DNA of 64,000 nucleotides from an uncultured bacterium (GCA_966243015.1 CBIMES010000001.1:143995-207994), one strand, 5' to 3'. Numbered from the stretch's first letter, positions 9,706-19,090 are shown. Program-made: numbers and translations. The notes: generated from the sequence alone by a model not told the origin.

Positions 9706-10074
9706 ATGAATATCACCGAAGTAGCTTTTTCCTCATACGCAGTCGCCGATGTCGCCCGCGCGAGGGCCTTCTACGAGAAGACCCTTGGCCTCAAGCCGAC
9801 CAGCACGTTCGAGGACGGGGGCACGGCCTTCATCGAGTATCAGATCGGCCCGCATTATTTCGTCATCGGAAAAGGGGCCGAGGCCCTCAAGCCGGGCTCC
9901 GCGGGAGGCGTCGTCACCTTCGAGGTGGAGAGCTTCGACGAGGCGATCGCTGCCCTCAGGCGCGACGGCGCGAAGTTCGTCATGGGGCCCATCGATACGG
10001 GCGCCTGTCACATGGCCCTTGTGTCTGACCCAGACGGGAACACGGTTATGATTCACAAGAGGAAGTCCGCTTAA
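9706..10074 (+). CDS. VOC/glyoxalase family protein
   Basis: Glyoxalase-like beta-alpha-beta-beta-beta pattern; start taken at the internal Met (MNITEV) to avoid overlap with msrB. Confidence 0.55.
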   Translation: MNITEVAFSSYAVADVARARAFYEKTLGLKPTSTFEDGGTAFIEYQIGPHYFVIGKGAEALKPGSAGGVVTFEVESFDEAIAALRRDGAKFVMGPIDTGACHMALVSDPDGNTVMIHKRKSA

Positions 10075-10088
10075 ACACAATCAATTAT

Positions 10089-10751
10089 ATGAAAAAGGTT
10101 CTTATCATTGTTGGGATCCTGGCCGTGCTCGCGATAGCGGCCTATATCTACGTTACTCGCGCTCCCTCGCTGCCTTCGCAGGATGTGGCCTTGGCCACCG
10201 AGACGCTCGCTACCTCGTCTGACGCGATCGTGTACCGCATCTCTCCGGACAGGTCGCTCGTGAGGTTCGAGATCGACGAGACGCTTCGCGGCAATCCGTT
10301 TACCGTCGTGGGCACGACCACTCAGATCGCGGGCGATCTTGCCATCGGCGCCGAGTCAATCACACTCGGAACCGTCAAAGTGAACGCGCGCTCGTTTCAG
10401 ACTGACGACGCCCGGCGAGACGGCGCCATCGCCCGACTCATTCTCAAATCCGAGGACGCGGCGAACGAGTTCATCTCGTTCAAGCCAAAGAGCTTCGACG
10501 CGGAAGGCTCGAGCGTGGACGGCGACACCTTCACCCTGGTTCTCGACGGTGATCTCACCATCTCTGGCGTAACCAAGCCGGCGCGCGTGACGGCGATGTT
10601 CAAGGTGGGCGAGGCGACGATCGAGGGAACCTTCAAGTCGACTCTCAAACGATCAGATTTCGGCCTCGTCATCCCCAATATCCCTTTCGTGGCTGACGTC
10701 CCTGACCAGTTCACGGTGTCGGGAACCGTGGTCGCGGAGCGCGTGATGTAA
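10089..10751 (+). CDS. YceI-like periplasmic protein
   Basis: Signal peptide plus YceI-type beta-barrel pattern (SLVRFEIDETLRG...TVVGTT, DGDLTISGVTKP). Confidence 0.7.
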   Translation: MKKVLIIVGILAVLAIAAYIYVTRAPSLPSQDVALATETLATSSDAIVYRISPDRSLVRFEIDETLRGNPFTVVGTTTQIAGDLAIGAESITLGTVKVNARSFQTDDARRDGAIARLILKSEDAANEFISFKPKSFDAEGSSVDGDTFTLVLDGDLTISGVTKPARVTAMFKVGEATIEGTFKSTLKRSDFGLVIPNIPFVADVPDQFTVSGTVVAERVM

Positions 10752-10790
10752 CGGCCTTCTCCTTGGATCGTACGGTGCTATACTGAACCC

Positions 10791-11993
10791 ATGAGAAAGA
10801 CACTCTCATGGGTTCTTGCTTTAGTGCTCTTGGCGACCCTTGTCCTGGCCGTCTGGTTTTTCGTGACCTACAAATCAGTCTCGGTGCCAAGGGCAGAGCC
10901 CGTCCAGTCGCTCTCCGATTTCTCGCTCCCCGAAGGCTTCACCCTGTCGGTGTTCGCGGATAACGTCCCCGACGCTCGCGTCATCGCCTTTGACCCGCAT
11001 GGCGTTATGCTGGTCAGCCAGCCCTCAGAGGGTAAGGTCTCGGCCCTCGTCGATGCCGACGGAGACGGCAAGGCAGAGCGTGTCGAGACGGTTGCCGAGG
11101 GCCTGAATCTGCCGCACGGCATGGCCTTCAGATGTCGCGACTCTGCCCGCCCTGACGCGTGCGAGCTCTATGTCGCCCAGAAGGACGCGCTCGACGTGTT
11201 CGACTATGACGCCGAATCAATGGTCGCCACGGGCAGGACGAGGCTTCTCGATCTTCCGGGAGGCAGCGTCGGTACCCACTTCACCCGAACGTTGCTCTTC
11301 ATGCCTTCGCCAAGCGAGGACACGTTGCTCGTGTCTGTCGGGTCTTCGTGCAATGTATGCGAGGAGTCTGACGTCCGTCGCGCTAAAGTCATCGCCTATG
11401 ACGTGGTTACGGGATCTACGACCGAGTTCGCCCGAGGTCTCCGCAACAGCGTCTTCATGGACATTCACCCCGTCACGGGCGAGATCTGGGCGACCGACAT
11501 GGGTCGCGACGGTCTCGGCGACGACACTCCGCCGGACGAGATTAACATCGTGAGCGAGGGAGGGAACTACGGCTGGCCCCTCTGCTACGGCAAGAACGTC
11601 CACGATACCGCCTACGACAAGAAGACGTACATCAGGAATCCCTGCATGGAGCCTCTCGAGACGCCTTCCCACATAGACATTCCCGCGCATTCCGCGCCGC
11701 TCGGCCTCGCCTTCGTACCCGAGGAGGGTTGGCCGGAGGAGATGTGGTACGACGTTCTCGTCGCCTACCACGGCTCGTGGAATCGCAGCGTTCCGACCGG
11801 CTACAAGGTTGTGCGCATGGCGCTCGACGAGCGCGGTAACCCGACGGGGGAGTTCGAGGATTTCATAACCGGCTGGCTGAGGCCTGACGGCAGCAAAATA
11901 GGCAGGCCCGTTGACGTGAAAGCGCTTCCGGGTGGCATTATCTACGTATCTGACGATGGAGCAGGAAAAATCTACCGAGTATCCAAAGACTAA
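10791..11993 (+). CDS. PQQ-dependent sugar (glucose/sorbosone) dehydrogenase-like beta-propeller protein
   Basis: LNLPHGMAF, GEIWATDMGRDG and EINIVSEGGNYGWP motifs of the YliI/SGL family; N-terminal TM anchor. Confidence 0.75.
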   Translation: MRKTLSWVLALVLLATLVLAVWFFVTYKSVSVPRAEPVQSLSDFSLPEGFTLSVFADNVPDARVIAFDPHGVMLVSQPSEGKVSALVDADGDGKAERVETVAEGLNLPHGMAFRCRDSARPDACELYVAQKDALDVFDYDAESMVATGRTRLLDLPGGSVGTHFTRTLLFMPSPSEDTLLVSVGSSCNVCEESDVRRAKVIAYDVVTGSTTEFARGLRNSVFMDIHPVTGEIWATDMGRDGLGDDTPPDEINIVSEGGNYGWPLCYGKNVHDTAYDKKTYIRNPCMEPLETPSHIDIPAHSAPLGLAFVPEEGWPEEMWYDVLVAYHGSWNRSVPTGYKVVRMALDERGNPTGEFEDFITGWLRPDGSKIGRPVDVKALPGGIIYVSDDGAGKIYRVSKD

Positions 11994-12375
11994 GTTCAGG
12001 GCTCTCACATGGGCGCTTTTGGGCGTCGCGCTCGTGGGTACCTATGTTCTCTCTCATAGGCTCGAGAGCGGTTCCGGCAATGCCGCCGCGGTCTATCTTT
12101 CGACCGGCTCGACGCGCGAAATTACCCTTTTCACCGATAGGGTCGAGCCTCGGGCGCTTTCCGCGCGGGTTGGCGACGAGATCGTCTTTTCGATAGGCGA
12201 CCAGAGCATCCACAACATAGCCGAGGAAAGGCAGAGCAGGAGCGCCCCGCGACTCGAGTCCGGCGAGATCGGTCCGGGCGACAGCTACGTGGTGAGCTTC
12301 TCGGTGCCCGGTGTGGTATCTTTCTATGACCGCATGAATCTCGACCTGCGCGTAACCGTAACCGTCACCGAATGA
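11932..12375 (+). CDS. hypothetical secreted beta-rich protein
   Basis: Start uncertain, as the ORF overlaps the upstream gene by ~60 nt; hydrophobic N-terminal segment followed by a beta-strand-rich domain. Confidence 0.35.
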   Translation: MALSTYLTMEQEKSTEYPKTKFRALTWALLGVALVGTYVLSHRLESGSGNAAAVYLSTGSTREITLFTDRVEPRALSARVGDEIVFSIGDQSIHNIAEERQSRSAPRLESGEIGPGDSYVVSFSVPGVVSFYDRMNLDLRVTVTVTE

Positions 12376-13034
12376 TTTCAAATCCAGACCTTATCCTCGT
12401 CGACAAGCCCAAAGGCATCACGTCCTTTGGCGTCATTCGGCTGCTCAGGCGTGAACTGGGTGTGAGGAAGATGGGGCACGCGGGGACACTCGACCCTTTG
12501 GCCACCGGCCTTCTCATCATCGGCGTCGGAACGGGAACCAAGAAGCTCGCGGGTCTCATCGGCCTTCCCAAGACTTACGAGGCGGAGATTCGCCTGGGCG
12601 TGGCGACCGACAGTGGCGACGCGGACGGTACCGTCACACAAGAGCTTCCCGTTCCCGACCTTTCTGTCGACAGGGTTCGCGAGGTCGTCGAGGGCATGAA
12701 AGGGGAGCTTATGCTTCCCGTATCCATTTTCTCGGCCATAAAGCGCGACGGCGTTCCTCTCTATGCCTATGCCCATCGGGGCGAGAAGGTCGAGGCGCCG
12801 ATGCGGACCATGGTTGTCCGCGACGCGCGATTTCTCTCATACGAAAACGCCCTCGTGAGGGCGGTCTTCGACGTGTCGAGCGGCACGTACATTCGCAGCC
12901 TAGCCGAGGAGTTGGGCAGAAGGCTGGGTACCTGCGCCTCCATACAGAACCTTCGCAGGCTCACGGTCGGCGACTATTCGGTTTCCGACGCGCGAACCGT
13001 CAGTCTACCCACGGATGTACCTCGCTCGCGGTAA
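12372..13034 (+). CDS. truB: tRNA pseudouridine(55) synthase
   Basis: LILVDKPKGITSFGV...HAGTLDPLATGLL catalytic Asp motif. Confidence 0.9.
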   Translation: MISNPDLILVDKPKGITSFGVIRLLRRELGVRKMGHAGTLDPLATGLLIIGVGTGTKKLAGLIGLPKTYEAEIRLGVATDSGDADGTVTQELPVPDLSVDRVREVVEGMKGELMLPVSIFSAIKRDGVPLYAYAHRGEKVEAPMRTMVVRDARFLSYENALVRAVFDVSSGTYIRSLAEELGRRLGTCASIQNLRRLTVGDYSVSDARTVSLPTDVPRSR

Positions 13035-13689
13035 AGGTGTCATTCCCGGTAATCCTTCCAATCATTTTCACGCGCTCGCCGGTCTGGATGTCATATCCCT
13101 CGGGGAGGATGATGTCGTCGCCCGTGACGGTCCAAAGTACGGCGTTGGCGTCGCGGATGGTGAACGAGTCGTTCGAGTCCTTTGAGCGGACGACTCCTGA
13201 CAGGAGGCCACGGGCGGGATCTGACCAGTTCTCGGTGTTCGGGGCCACGATGTCGTTATAGAGGGGAATCCTGTTTCCCGCCACGCGCGAGAGATACTGG
13301 GCCACGTTGAGCGCGTAGACGATCGATCCCACGCCTATCGAGACGAGGACGGCGATGAGGGCGAACTGCTTTCCGCTCACCTTGTATCCCTTGCGGGTCC
13401 TTCTCAGGTTGAGGAAGGCGACGGTGCCGATGACGGCGCAGGCGACGACCCAGAAGACAGGGAAGGAGAAGAGCACCTTCTCGGAGGCCGAGAGCTCGAG
13501 CTTGGCGAGCACCGATACGTCGGTCGTGACGAGTCCGTAGATGATCATGCCAAAGCCGACGCCGAGGGCACCCACGAACAGGGTGAGGAGCGTCCAGCGG
13601 ATCGAGTCGCGCAGCTTGAAGTACTCCCGCGGTACCGGTTTGAGGTGCTCTGTCTTTATCTTCGCGAGTATTTTCTGTTCGAGTGTCAT
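13000..13689 (-). CDS. membrane protein translationally coupled to the ECF sigma factor (candidate anti-sigma/sensor)
   Basis: Its start overlaps the sigma factor stop in an ATGA; four hydrophobic helices plus a C-terminal soluble domain; no canonical anti-sigma zinc motif. Confidence 0.4.
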   Translation of the reverse strand: MTLEQKILAKIKTEHLKPVPREYFKLRDSIRWTLLTLFVGALGVGFGMIIYGLVTTDVSVLAKLELSASEKVLFSFPVFWVVACAVIGTVAFLNLRRTRKGYKVSGKQFALIAVLVSIGVGSIVYALNVAQYLSRVAGNRIPLYNDIVAPNTENWSDPARGLLSGVVRSKDSNDSFTIRDANAVLWTVTGDDIILPEGYDIQTGERVKMIGRITGNDTFTASEVHPWVD

Positions 13690-14306
13690 AGTGTTTTTGT
13701 TTCACCGTCATCAAGTCGACCTTTGTGATTCTCCGCCAGTCGCCGGAACTCCTTCTTTGCCCTGTGTATGAGCGTGGCTATCGTTCCGGGGGGCTTGCGC
13801 AGGATGTCCGATATCTCCTCGTAGCTGCGGTCGTCGAGGAACCGAAGGACGAGCACCGCGCGGTACTGGGGATCAAGCTCGTCCAACACTATTCTTACGT
13901 TCGTGCGGAGGAATCCCTTGTCGAGCTCGCCGGCGACGTCCTCGTCAGCGGCGATCGTCTCGACCAGAGTCACGCCCTCGTCGTCGTAGGCGGGATCGTC
14001 GAGAGAGCCGCCCGAGCGCTTCTTGCGTCGCAGGTAGTCGACGCTCTCGTTGTGGGCGATGCGGTATATCCAGGACGAGAATGCGAGGTCCTGGTCAAAG
14101 TCGTTGAGGTTCTCGTAGGTCTTGATGAAGACGTCCTGGAGGATGATGTCGGTCTCGTCAGGGGACGAGCGGGCGATACGCCTGACATAGCGCCGAAGGG
14201 GTTCCTGGTATTTGGCAATGATGCCGGCGAACTCGTCAGGGGACTCAAGGGATTTCCTGACCAGCTCGGCATCGAGCGCCTTGTTGCTCGTGGTCTCTTC
14301 TGCCAT
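13686..14306 (-). CDS. ECF-type RNA polymerase sigma-70 factor
   Basis: Region 2 (DVFIKTYENLNDF...WIYRIAHNESVDYLRRKK) and region 4 (YRAVLVLRFLDDRSYEEISDIL...GTIATLIHRAKKEFRRL); start placed at MAEETT. Confidence 0.8.
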   Translation of the reverse strand: MAEETTSNKALDAELVRKSLESPDEFAGIIAKYQEPLRRYVRRIARSSPDETDIILQDVFIKTYENLNDFDQDLAFSSWIYRIAHNESVDYLRRKKRSGGSLDDPAYDDEGVTLVETIAADEDVAGELDKGFLRTNVRIVLDELDPQYRAVLVLRFLDDRSYEEISDILRKPPGTIATLIHRAKKEFRRLAENHKGRLDDGETKTL

Positions 14307-14390
14307 TGGATACAGTATACCCTGTTTGGGAAAGGTTGGGGCGGCGCCGAGGGTTGCCTGTGGCAAATAATCTGCTATTATGGGGCGTAT

Positions 14391-14462
14391 TCCGGGATAG
14401 CTCAGCGGTAGAGCAGTCGCCTGTTAAGCGATTGGTCGAAGGTTCGATCCCTTCTCCCGGAG
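14391..14462 (+). tRNA. tRNA-Asn (anticodon GTT)
   Basis: Hand-folded cloverleaf with a 7-bp acceptor stem TCCGGGA/TCCCGGA, D-loop AGCGGTAGA, anticodon loop CTGTTAA and T-loop TTCGATC; CCA is not encoded. Confidence 0.8.
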
Positions 14463-14474
14463 CCTAAAATATTG

Positions 14475-14500
14475 AGCGCCCGTCAGGGCGCTTTTGATTT
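14475..14500 (+). terminator. Rho-independent terminator after the tRNA
   Basis: AGCGCCC-gtca-GGGCGCT followed by TTTGATTTT. Confidence 0.7.
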
Positions 14501-14561
14501 TCGAAGGAGCCCTGGCAGGCGCGCGTTTCATCCGTAGTAGACCTTTGATATAATCATATCC

Positions 14562-15035
14562 ATGAAAAAGATATTGGGCGTCTCTTGCTTTTTGGCACTT
14601 ACGGCCGGGTCGGTAATGATACTTGGCGGAACCTGGGGCATCGTCTTTACGTACAAGAATGTCGCGAGGGAGCAGATCACGACGCCTGCCGACGCCTCTA
14701 TCCCGAACGCCCCCGTTCGCGGGCCGCTTACCCTGAAAGCCCAGGCTGATATTATCCGCCATCACGTTCTTGAGACAACGGGCGGCAAGACCTACTCTCA
14801 AATGCCGCAGAAAGTCCAGAAGGTTGACGAAAAAGGGGACCCTGTCTTGGACGAGAACGCCCAGCCTGTCATGGTTTCAAATGATGCCCGCAATATCTGG
14901 GTGACGGCGACAGCACTTATCACCGCCCTGAACCTCGGCATCATCACCTATGTGTTCTCAGGGTTAATCGTGTTCCTGGGTTTTGTATCTATTTGGACGG
15001 GCATTGCCTTTCGGGCGCTGCGAAAGGGTCTATAG
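14562..15035 (+). CDS. hypothetical membrane protein
   Basis: 157 aa with N- and C-terminal TM helices. Confidence 0.4.
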   Translation: MKKILGVSCFLALTAGSVMILGGTWGIVFTYKNVAREQITTPADASIPNAPVRGPLTLKAQADIIRHHVLETTGGKTYSQMPQKVQKVDEKGDPVLDENAQPVMVSNDARNIWVTATALITALNLGIITYVFSGLIVFLGFVSIWTGIAFRALRKGL

Positions 15036-15066
15036 GCATTGATATCAGGTCGTCAACGTACGTCAC

Positions 15067-15540
15067 GTGAAAAATTCACTCAAACTCATAACCGCGGTCC
15101 TTGTGTCGGAGCTCGCGGGCGTCCTCGGTTCGGCCTTTACTGTCTCGGCGATCCCGAATTGGTACGCGACCCTCGCCAAGCCGGCCCTCAACCCTCCGGG
15201 CTGGGTGTTCGGCCCTGTCTGGGTCACGCTCTATGCGCTCATGGGCGTCGCGGCATTCCTTGTGTGGAGGGAAGGCCTCGGTCGCAAAGACGTCCGAAAG
15301 GCCCTTTCTGTTTTCATTATCCAGCTCACCCTCAACGCATCATGGTCAATCGTGTTTTTCGGTCTGCAGAGTCCGGTGTGGGCGCTCGTGAATATTGCCC
15401 TTATGTGGCTCGCCATTGTGTGGACCATGATTCTCTTCTTCAGGATATCTAAACCCGCGATGTTTCTTCTTGTTCCTTATGTTGCGTGGGTGAGCTTCGC
15501 GGCTTATCTCAATTACTCCATATGGATTCTTAATTCCTAG
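15067..15540 (+). CDS. tspO: TspO/MBR family tryptophan-rich sensory protein
   Basis: Five TM helices and Trp-rich motifs (NPPGWVFGPVWVTLY, ASWSIVFF, WLAIVW). Confidence 0.8.
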   Translation: MKNSLKLITAVLVSELAGVLGSAFTVSAIPNWYATLAKPALNPPGWVFGPVWVTLYALMGVAAFLVWREGLGRKDVRKALSVFIIQLTLNASWSIVFFGLQSPVWALVNIALMWLAIVWTMILFFRISKPAMFLLVPYVAWVSFAAYLNYSIWILNS

Positions 15541-15677
15541 CCTCGGAAGAGGCGCTGGCGTCTGTTGCCGCGACCCGTTGTTGACCAAACTGGATTTGCG
15601 TACTAATGTGTGTTCCGGCATATGTAACGCCGTTCTTTACCTTCAACCATCAACAGCACCCAGGAGACACGTATCAA

Positions 15678-16042
15678 TGCGCACAAAGGAACTCAGGAAA
15701 ATCCTTCTTGACCATCACGCCCGATGCTCTCGAAAGCCTCGTTCATCCTTCACTATCGAACTGATGGCCGGCCTCGCGGTCGGAATCATCGGCTTCAAGG
15801 ACGCCGACGGCGAGAGGGGTATCGTCTTCGACAAGTCCGTCGTCAGGCTTAAGGGCAATTCTGTATTGAGGGATGACGGTCTCTCGATCAAGGGATTTCC
15901 GAGCGGCCTCGCCGGTCTCGTGGTCGTCGTCCTTCCGAAGGTCTCGACCTGGAATGAGTTCAGGGACATCGTCGATGGCCATATCGTCCGCAAGGACGGG
16001 TCGAGGATAGAGTGGCTCGAATCGGAAGTCGCTCTCGCCTAG
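15678..16042 (+). CDS. hypothetical protein
   Basis: ATG preceded by AGGAGA 8 nt upstream; the longer listed ORF start lacks an RBS. Confidence 0.35.
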
Positions 16043-16060
16043 TCTGTCCCTATCTATCGA

Positions 16061-16087
16061 GTCGCCCTTACGGGCGACTTTTCTTTG
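16061..16087 (+). terminator. Rho-independent terminator
   Basis: GTCGCCC-ttac-GGGCGAC followed by TTTTCTTTG. Confidence 0.7.
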
Positions 16088-16157
16088 CGTGGGGTTTTGA
16101 AAGGGCGCCCGGCGTAAGCCGGGCGCCCTTCCTCATGAGACGTACGTCAGTAAAGAG

Positions 16158-17066
16158 CTAGATGTTCGATCCGTTGCCCCCATTTGTTCCGTTCGATGTG
16201 TTCGAGGCCGAGTTGCTGTACCAGACGCCGTTATACCAGTAGCCGTTCGAGGAACTGTTCGTTCCGGTGCTGCTGTTGCCTGTCATGCTGGATGCGCTTG
16301 TCGTTGGGTAGCTATACCACGCTCCGTTGTACCAGTACCCGCTGCTCGCGGTGGCTCCGTTGAACCCGTCGCTCATCGGGTCACCAGAGACAAAGCCGGT
16401 CACGCGTCGGGCCGTGGTGGTTGATGTGTCAGTGCTGTCCGTTCCCGTAACGCCTGTTGTCGTGGTGCTGTTCGAGGTACTGTACCAGACGCCGTTATAC
16501 CAGTAGCCGCCTTCCGTCGACGCGTTGCTTGTCGAGCTTGTCAGTCCGTAGGGGTAGGTGTACCAGATTCCGTTGTACCAGTATCCGTTTGACGTGCCTG
16601 TGTTCGGCGCGACGCCGGTGGGGTTCATTCTCTGCGTGATGGACTGGGCGAGGGAGTTCCTGGTGCCCACGTCGAGGATTCCCGTGACGGGCAGGCCTCG
16701 AGAGAGCTGATAGTGAATAAGTGCGTCCCTCGTTATCTCCCCGAAGTACCCTCGGGGTACGCTTGGGTCAAGGACAAGGTATCCGCCCTCGATGAGGAAT
16801 CCCTGGAGGTCGGCGACCGCCTGGCTCCGGGAACCGACCGTCAGGTCCCCGACGCCCGTGAGCCAGAAGCCGCCCTGTGGCGTGTATCCGGCCCATGTGG
16901 TCGCCGCGCTCGTCGTGCCGCTTCCGATTGTCGTTGAGTTGGTGGTGGTTGAGGTGAGGGTTCCGGCCGTCGACGTCTGAGCCTGCGCTGACGTGGCGGC
17001 AACGGTCAGGGCGACCGCCAGCGCGGCGACGCCCACCCTAACTGAAATTAATGTGCGATGTTTCAT
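16158..17066 (-). CDS. secreted peptidoglycan-binding (PG_binding_1) protein with four GYWYNGxWY repeats
   Basis: Signal peptide, Thr/Ser-rich linker and a PG_binding_1-like core (QAVADLQGFLIEGGYL...ITRDALIHYQLSRGLPVTGILD); then four GYWYNG[IVA]WY repeats separated by S/T-rich linkers. Confidence 0.6.
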   Translation of the reverse strand: MKHRTLISVRVGVAALAVALTVAATSAQAQTSTAGTLTSTTTNSTTIGSGTTSAATTWAGYTPQGGFWLTGVGDLTVGSRSQAVADLQGFLIEGGYLVLDPSVPRGYFGEITRDALIHYQLSRGLPVTGILDVGTRNSLAQSITQRMNPTGVAPNTGTSNGYWYNGIWYTYPYGLTSSTSNASTEGGYWYNGVWYSTSNSTTTTGVTGTDSTDTSTTTARRVTGFVSGDPMSDGFNGATASSGYWYNGAWYSYPTTSASSMTGNSSTGTNSSSNGYWYNGVWYSNSASNTSNGTNGGNGSNI

Positions 17067-17212
17067 GGCTTTTTAAGTTATGGCTTATAAGCTCATTGTG
17101 GCGGGGATGCGCACAGCACAACCCGTCGTGCCACCTAGGTAGTACGACGGGTTCTCGATAAAAATTCAGAAAATGCCTTCCTCCGTCAGTTCATCTGTTT
17201 CCTAATGTTTTC

Positions 17213-18073
17213 CTAGATGCAGGCGCAGTAGTCGGTGTCTCCTCCCGAACAGGTGTCAACAGTGTTTGCGGGAATTTGGCACGTTATGTCATAAGGGACA
17301 GCAGCCTTTGTGCAGAAGTTAAATCCTGGCAGGCCACCGATGCCGCCGCCTCCGAACTGGGCGTATGCGCTAGGTATGAGGCTGATTTGAATCGTGCCAT
17401 TCGGAATTGACGCGGTTGAGACGCCGGTGCACGCGTTCGCGAACGATCCGTCCCCGCCCGCTATCCAGCAGCTTGAGGTTGCGGGGCCGTATATGCGGCA
17501 GAACTGGGCGGCGAAGCCCCCGTCCTCTCTGAACACGGCTTTTCCGGGGCCCTCTTCGGCCTCGATATAACTTCCCGTGCTCATGGTGTTCACGCACGAG
17601 GTATAGGGTGCAGGAACGATAGGGCAATAGCTCTTGGCGCTCGCCGCCATGGGCAGGGAGGTCGGGGTGACGAGCTCGGCGCCGAACGCCGCCGACTCGG
17701 CCGCCGCGTCCGCGTAGTACACGTACGAGTCGTCCTTGCTGTTGGGGATTGCCGAGATGTACCCTTCGTTTACGAGCTCCTGCATGCTTGCGTTGAAGGC
17801 CTGGGTGCCCTCGCGGGCGATTGAGTCACCGGTTCCTCCCGCGCAGTACGAGCCGCCGCAGTTGTAGTTCCTCGGCACCTTGCCGGTGGCCGTCTTCTTC
17901 ACAGATATCGCCGTCTCTATCTGGTGCACCTGGCTTTTCTTGCTCGCGTCGTCCGCCTTGGCCCTCGCTGACGCGGTTGAATACATGGCGACGCTCGAGA
18001 TGAGTGACACGATCGAGACTACGACGAGGAGCTCGATGAGGGTGAAGGCCCGATGCGCGGTGTTCGGATTCAT
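17213..18073 (-). CDS. type IV pilin-like protein with prepilin N-terminus and a Cys-rich C-terminal domain
   Basis: N-terminus [27 protein letters not shown] (class III signal, G/A-FTLIE); more than 12 Cys in the C-terminal half. Confidence 0.7.
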   Translation of the reverse strand: MNPNTAHRAFTLIELLVVVSIVSLISSVAMYSTASARAKADDASKKSQVHQIETAISVKKTATGKVPRNYNCGGSYCAGGTGDSIAREGTQAFNASMQELVNEGYISAIPNSKDDSYVYYADAAAESAAFGAELVTPTSLPMAASAKSYCPIVPAPYTSCVNTMSTGSYIEAEEGPGKAVFREDGGFAAQFCRIYGPATSSCWIAGGDGSFANACTGVSTASIPNGTIQISLIPSAYAQFGGGGIGGLPGFNFCTKAAVPYDITCQIPANTVDTCSGGDTDYCACI

Positions 18074-18077
18074 GTTC

Positions 18078-18308
18078 TTAGGGGGTTACGGGGCTTTTAA
18101 CGTAATACGTGAGAAGGAGGAAGATGATAGTGCCCAAGAGGCAGAGGGCCGAGAGGGCGCCGAGCAGGACGCGGAACCACCGCAAAGGGACTTTGGTGTG
18201 CGACAGCATCCATTCCTCGGTGCCCGACTTGGTGTCCGCGACTTTTGCCACCCTGTCTTTCTCGACTATCGGGTCATCGAATTCGACGCCTTCTATGTTG
18301 AGAGTCAT
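18078..18308 (-). CDS. small hypothetical membrane protein
   Basis: ~76 aa with a C-terminal TM helix; start uncertain. Confidence 0.25.
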   Translation of the reverse strand: MTLNIEGVEFDDPIVEKDRVAKVADTKSGTEEWMLSHTKVPLRWFRVLLGALSALCLLGTIIFLLLTYYVKSPVTP

Positions 18309-18335
18309 ACCCTCATAATATCCTATTGCGCGCAT

Positions 18336-18364
18336 ATGCAAAAGCCGCCTTTCGGCGGCTTGGT
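18336..18364 (-). terminator. Rho-independent terminator of the nitroreductase gene
   Basis: AAGCCGCC-gaaa-GGCGGCTT followed by TTTTGCAT on the minus strand. Confidence 0.7.
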
Positions 18365-18366
18365 CG

Positions 18367-19008
18367 CTATGATCTGACCTCGATGACCTCATTGGTTGAT
18401 CGGCGTGCCTTGGGCAAGGAGGCGTAGGAATCATCGCCGCGGTAGCCGACGGCGAGCATGGTTGTCGAGGCGAGATTCTCTTTCTCGAGACCAAGAATCT
18501 CATCAACCTTCTTCGAGTCAAAGCCTTCCATCGGTCCGGTGTCGATACCCATGAGCGCGGCCGTCTCGATCATTATTCCCAGCGGTATGTAGGTCTGGCC
18601 GGCGAGCCATCGGTCCATGACGGCGGGATTGCCAGCGAACGCCGCGATGCCGCCCTCTGCCATGGCCTTCAGGCCGGCCAGGTCAGACTCCTGTTTTCCC
18701 TGGGCCTTGGCCGTGCGGGTTATGAGCTCGCCGGGCAGGGAAGGGGCATCGGTTCTGCGGGCGATGACGACGAGGTGGGAGGCGTCGGTCACCTTGGTCT
18801 GGTCCCAGCTTACCGCCCTGATCTTGGCGCGGAGCCCTGGGTTTTCCACGACGATGAATTTCCACGGCTCGAGGCCGATGGTACTCGGCGCGAGGCGGCC
18901 GCTCTCGAGAATGGCCGCCAGGTCGGCGTCGGACACCTTTTTGTTCGGGTCGAAGGTTTTTACGGCGTATCGCCAGTTCAAGGCCTTGATGATTTCCTGA
19001 TTCTTCAT
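18367..19008 (-). CDS. NAD(P)H nitroreductase (NfsB/FRase-like)
   Basis: Nitroreductase fold motifs (RYAVKTFDP, LAPSTIGLEPWKFIVV). Confidence 0.8.
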   Translation of the reverse strand: MKNQEIIKALNWRYAVKTFDPNKKVSDADLAAILESGRLAPSTIGLEPWKFIVVENPGLRAKIRAVSWDQTKVTDASHLVVIARRTDAPSLPGELITRTAKAQGKQESDLAGLKAMAEGGIAAFAGNPAVMDRWLAGQTYIPLGIMIETAALMGIDTGPMEGFDSKKVDEILGLEKENLASTTMLAVGYRGDDSYASLPKARRSTNEVIEVRS

Positions 19009-19045
19009 ATTTTGTATAATAGTCTTATCGGAATAATTGAATATC

Positions 19046-19074
19046 TATAGTACTTAATATAATATAGTACTATA
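19046..19074. promoter_or_regulatory. repeated TATAGTACT boxes ending in the 12-bp palindrome TATAGTACTATA; candidate HxlR operator
   Basis: In the divergent nitroreductase/HxlR intergenic region; two TATAGTACT copies 17 nt apart, the second extending to a perfect palindrome. Confidence 0.35.
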
Positions 19075-19090
19075 CTAATTATAGTAACTA

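Noticed and set aside
14424-14801. 125-aa minus-strand ORF overlapping tRNA-Asn and the downstream gene
   Set aside because: Overlaps a well-folded tRNA and a terminator; no motifs
15101-15452. Overlapping alternative-frame ORFs within tspO
   Set aside because: The TspO frame carries the family's Trp-rich motifs and five TM helices; the alternative frames are Arg/Ser-rich artefacts
16101-16130. Perfect 30-nt palindrome AAGGGCGCCCGGcgtaaGCCGGGCGCCCTT between convergent genes
   Set aside because: It has a strong stem but no U-tract on either strand, so it is not called a canonical intrinsic terminator. The + strand terminator function is served by the hairpin at 16061-16087
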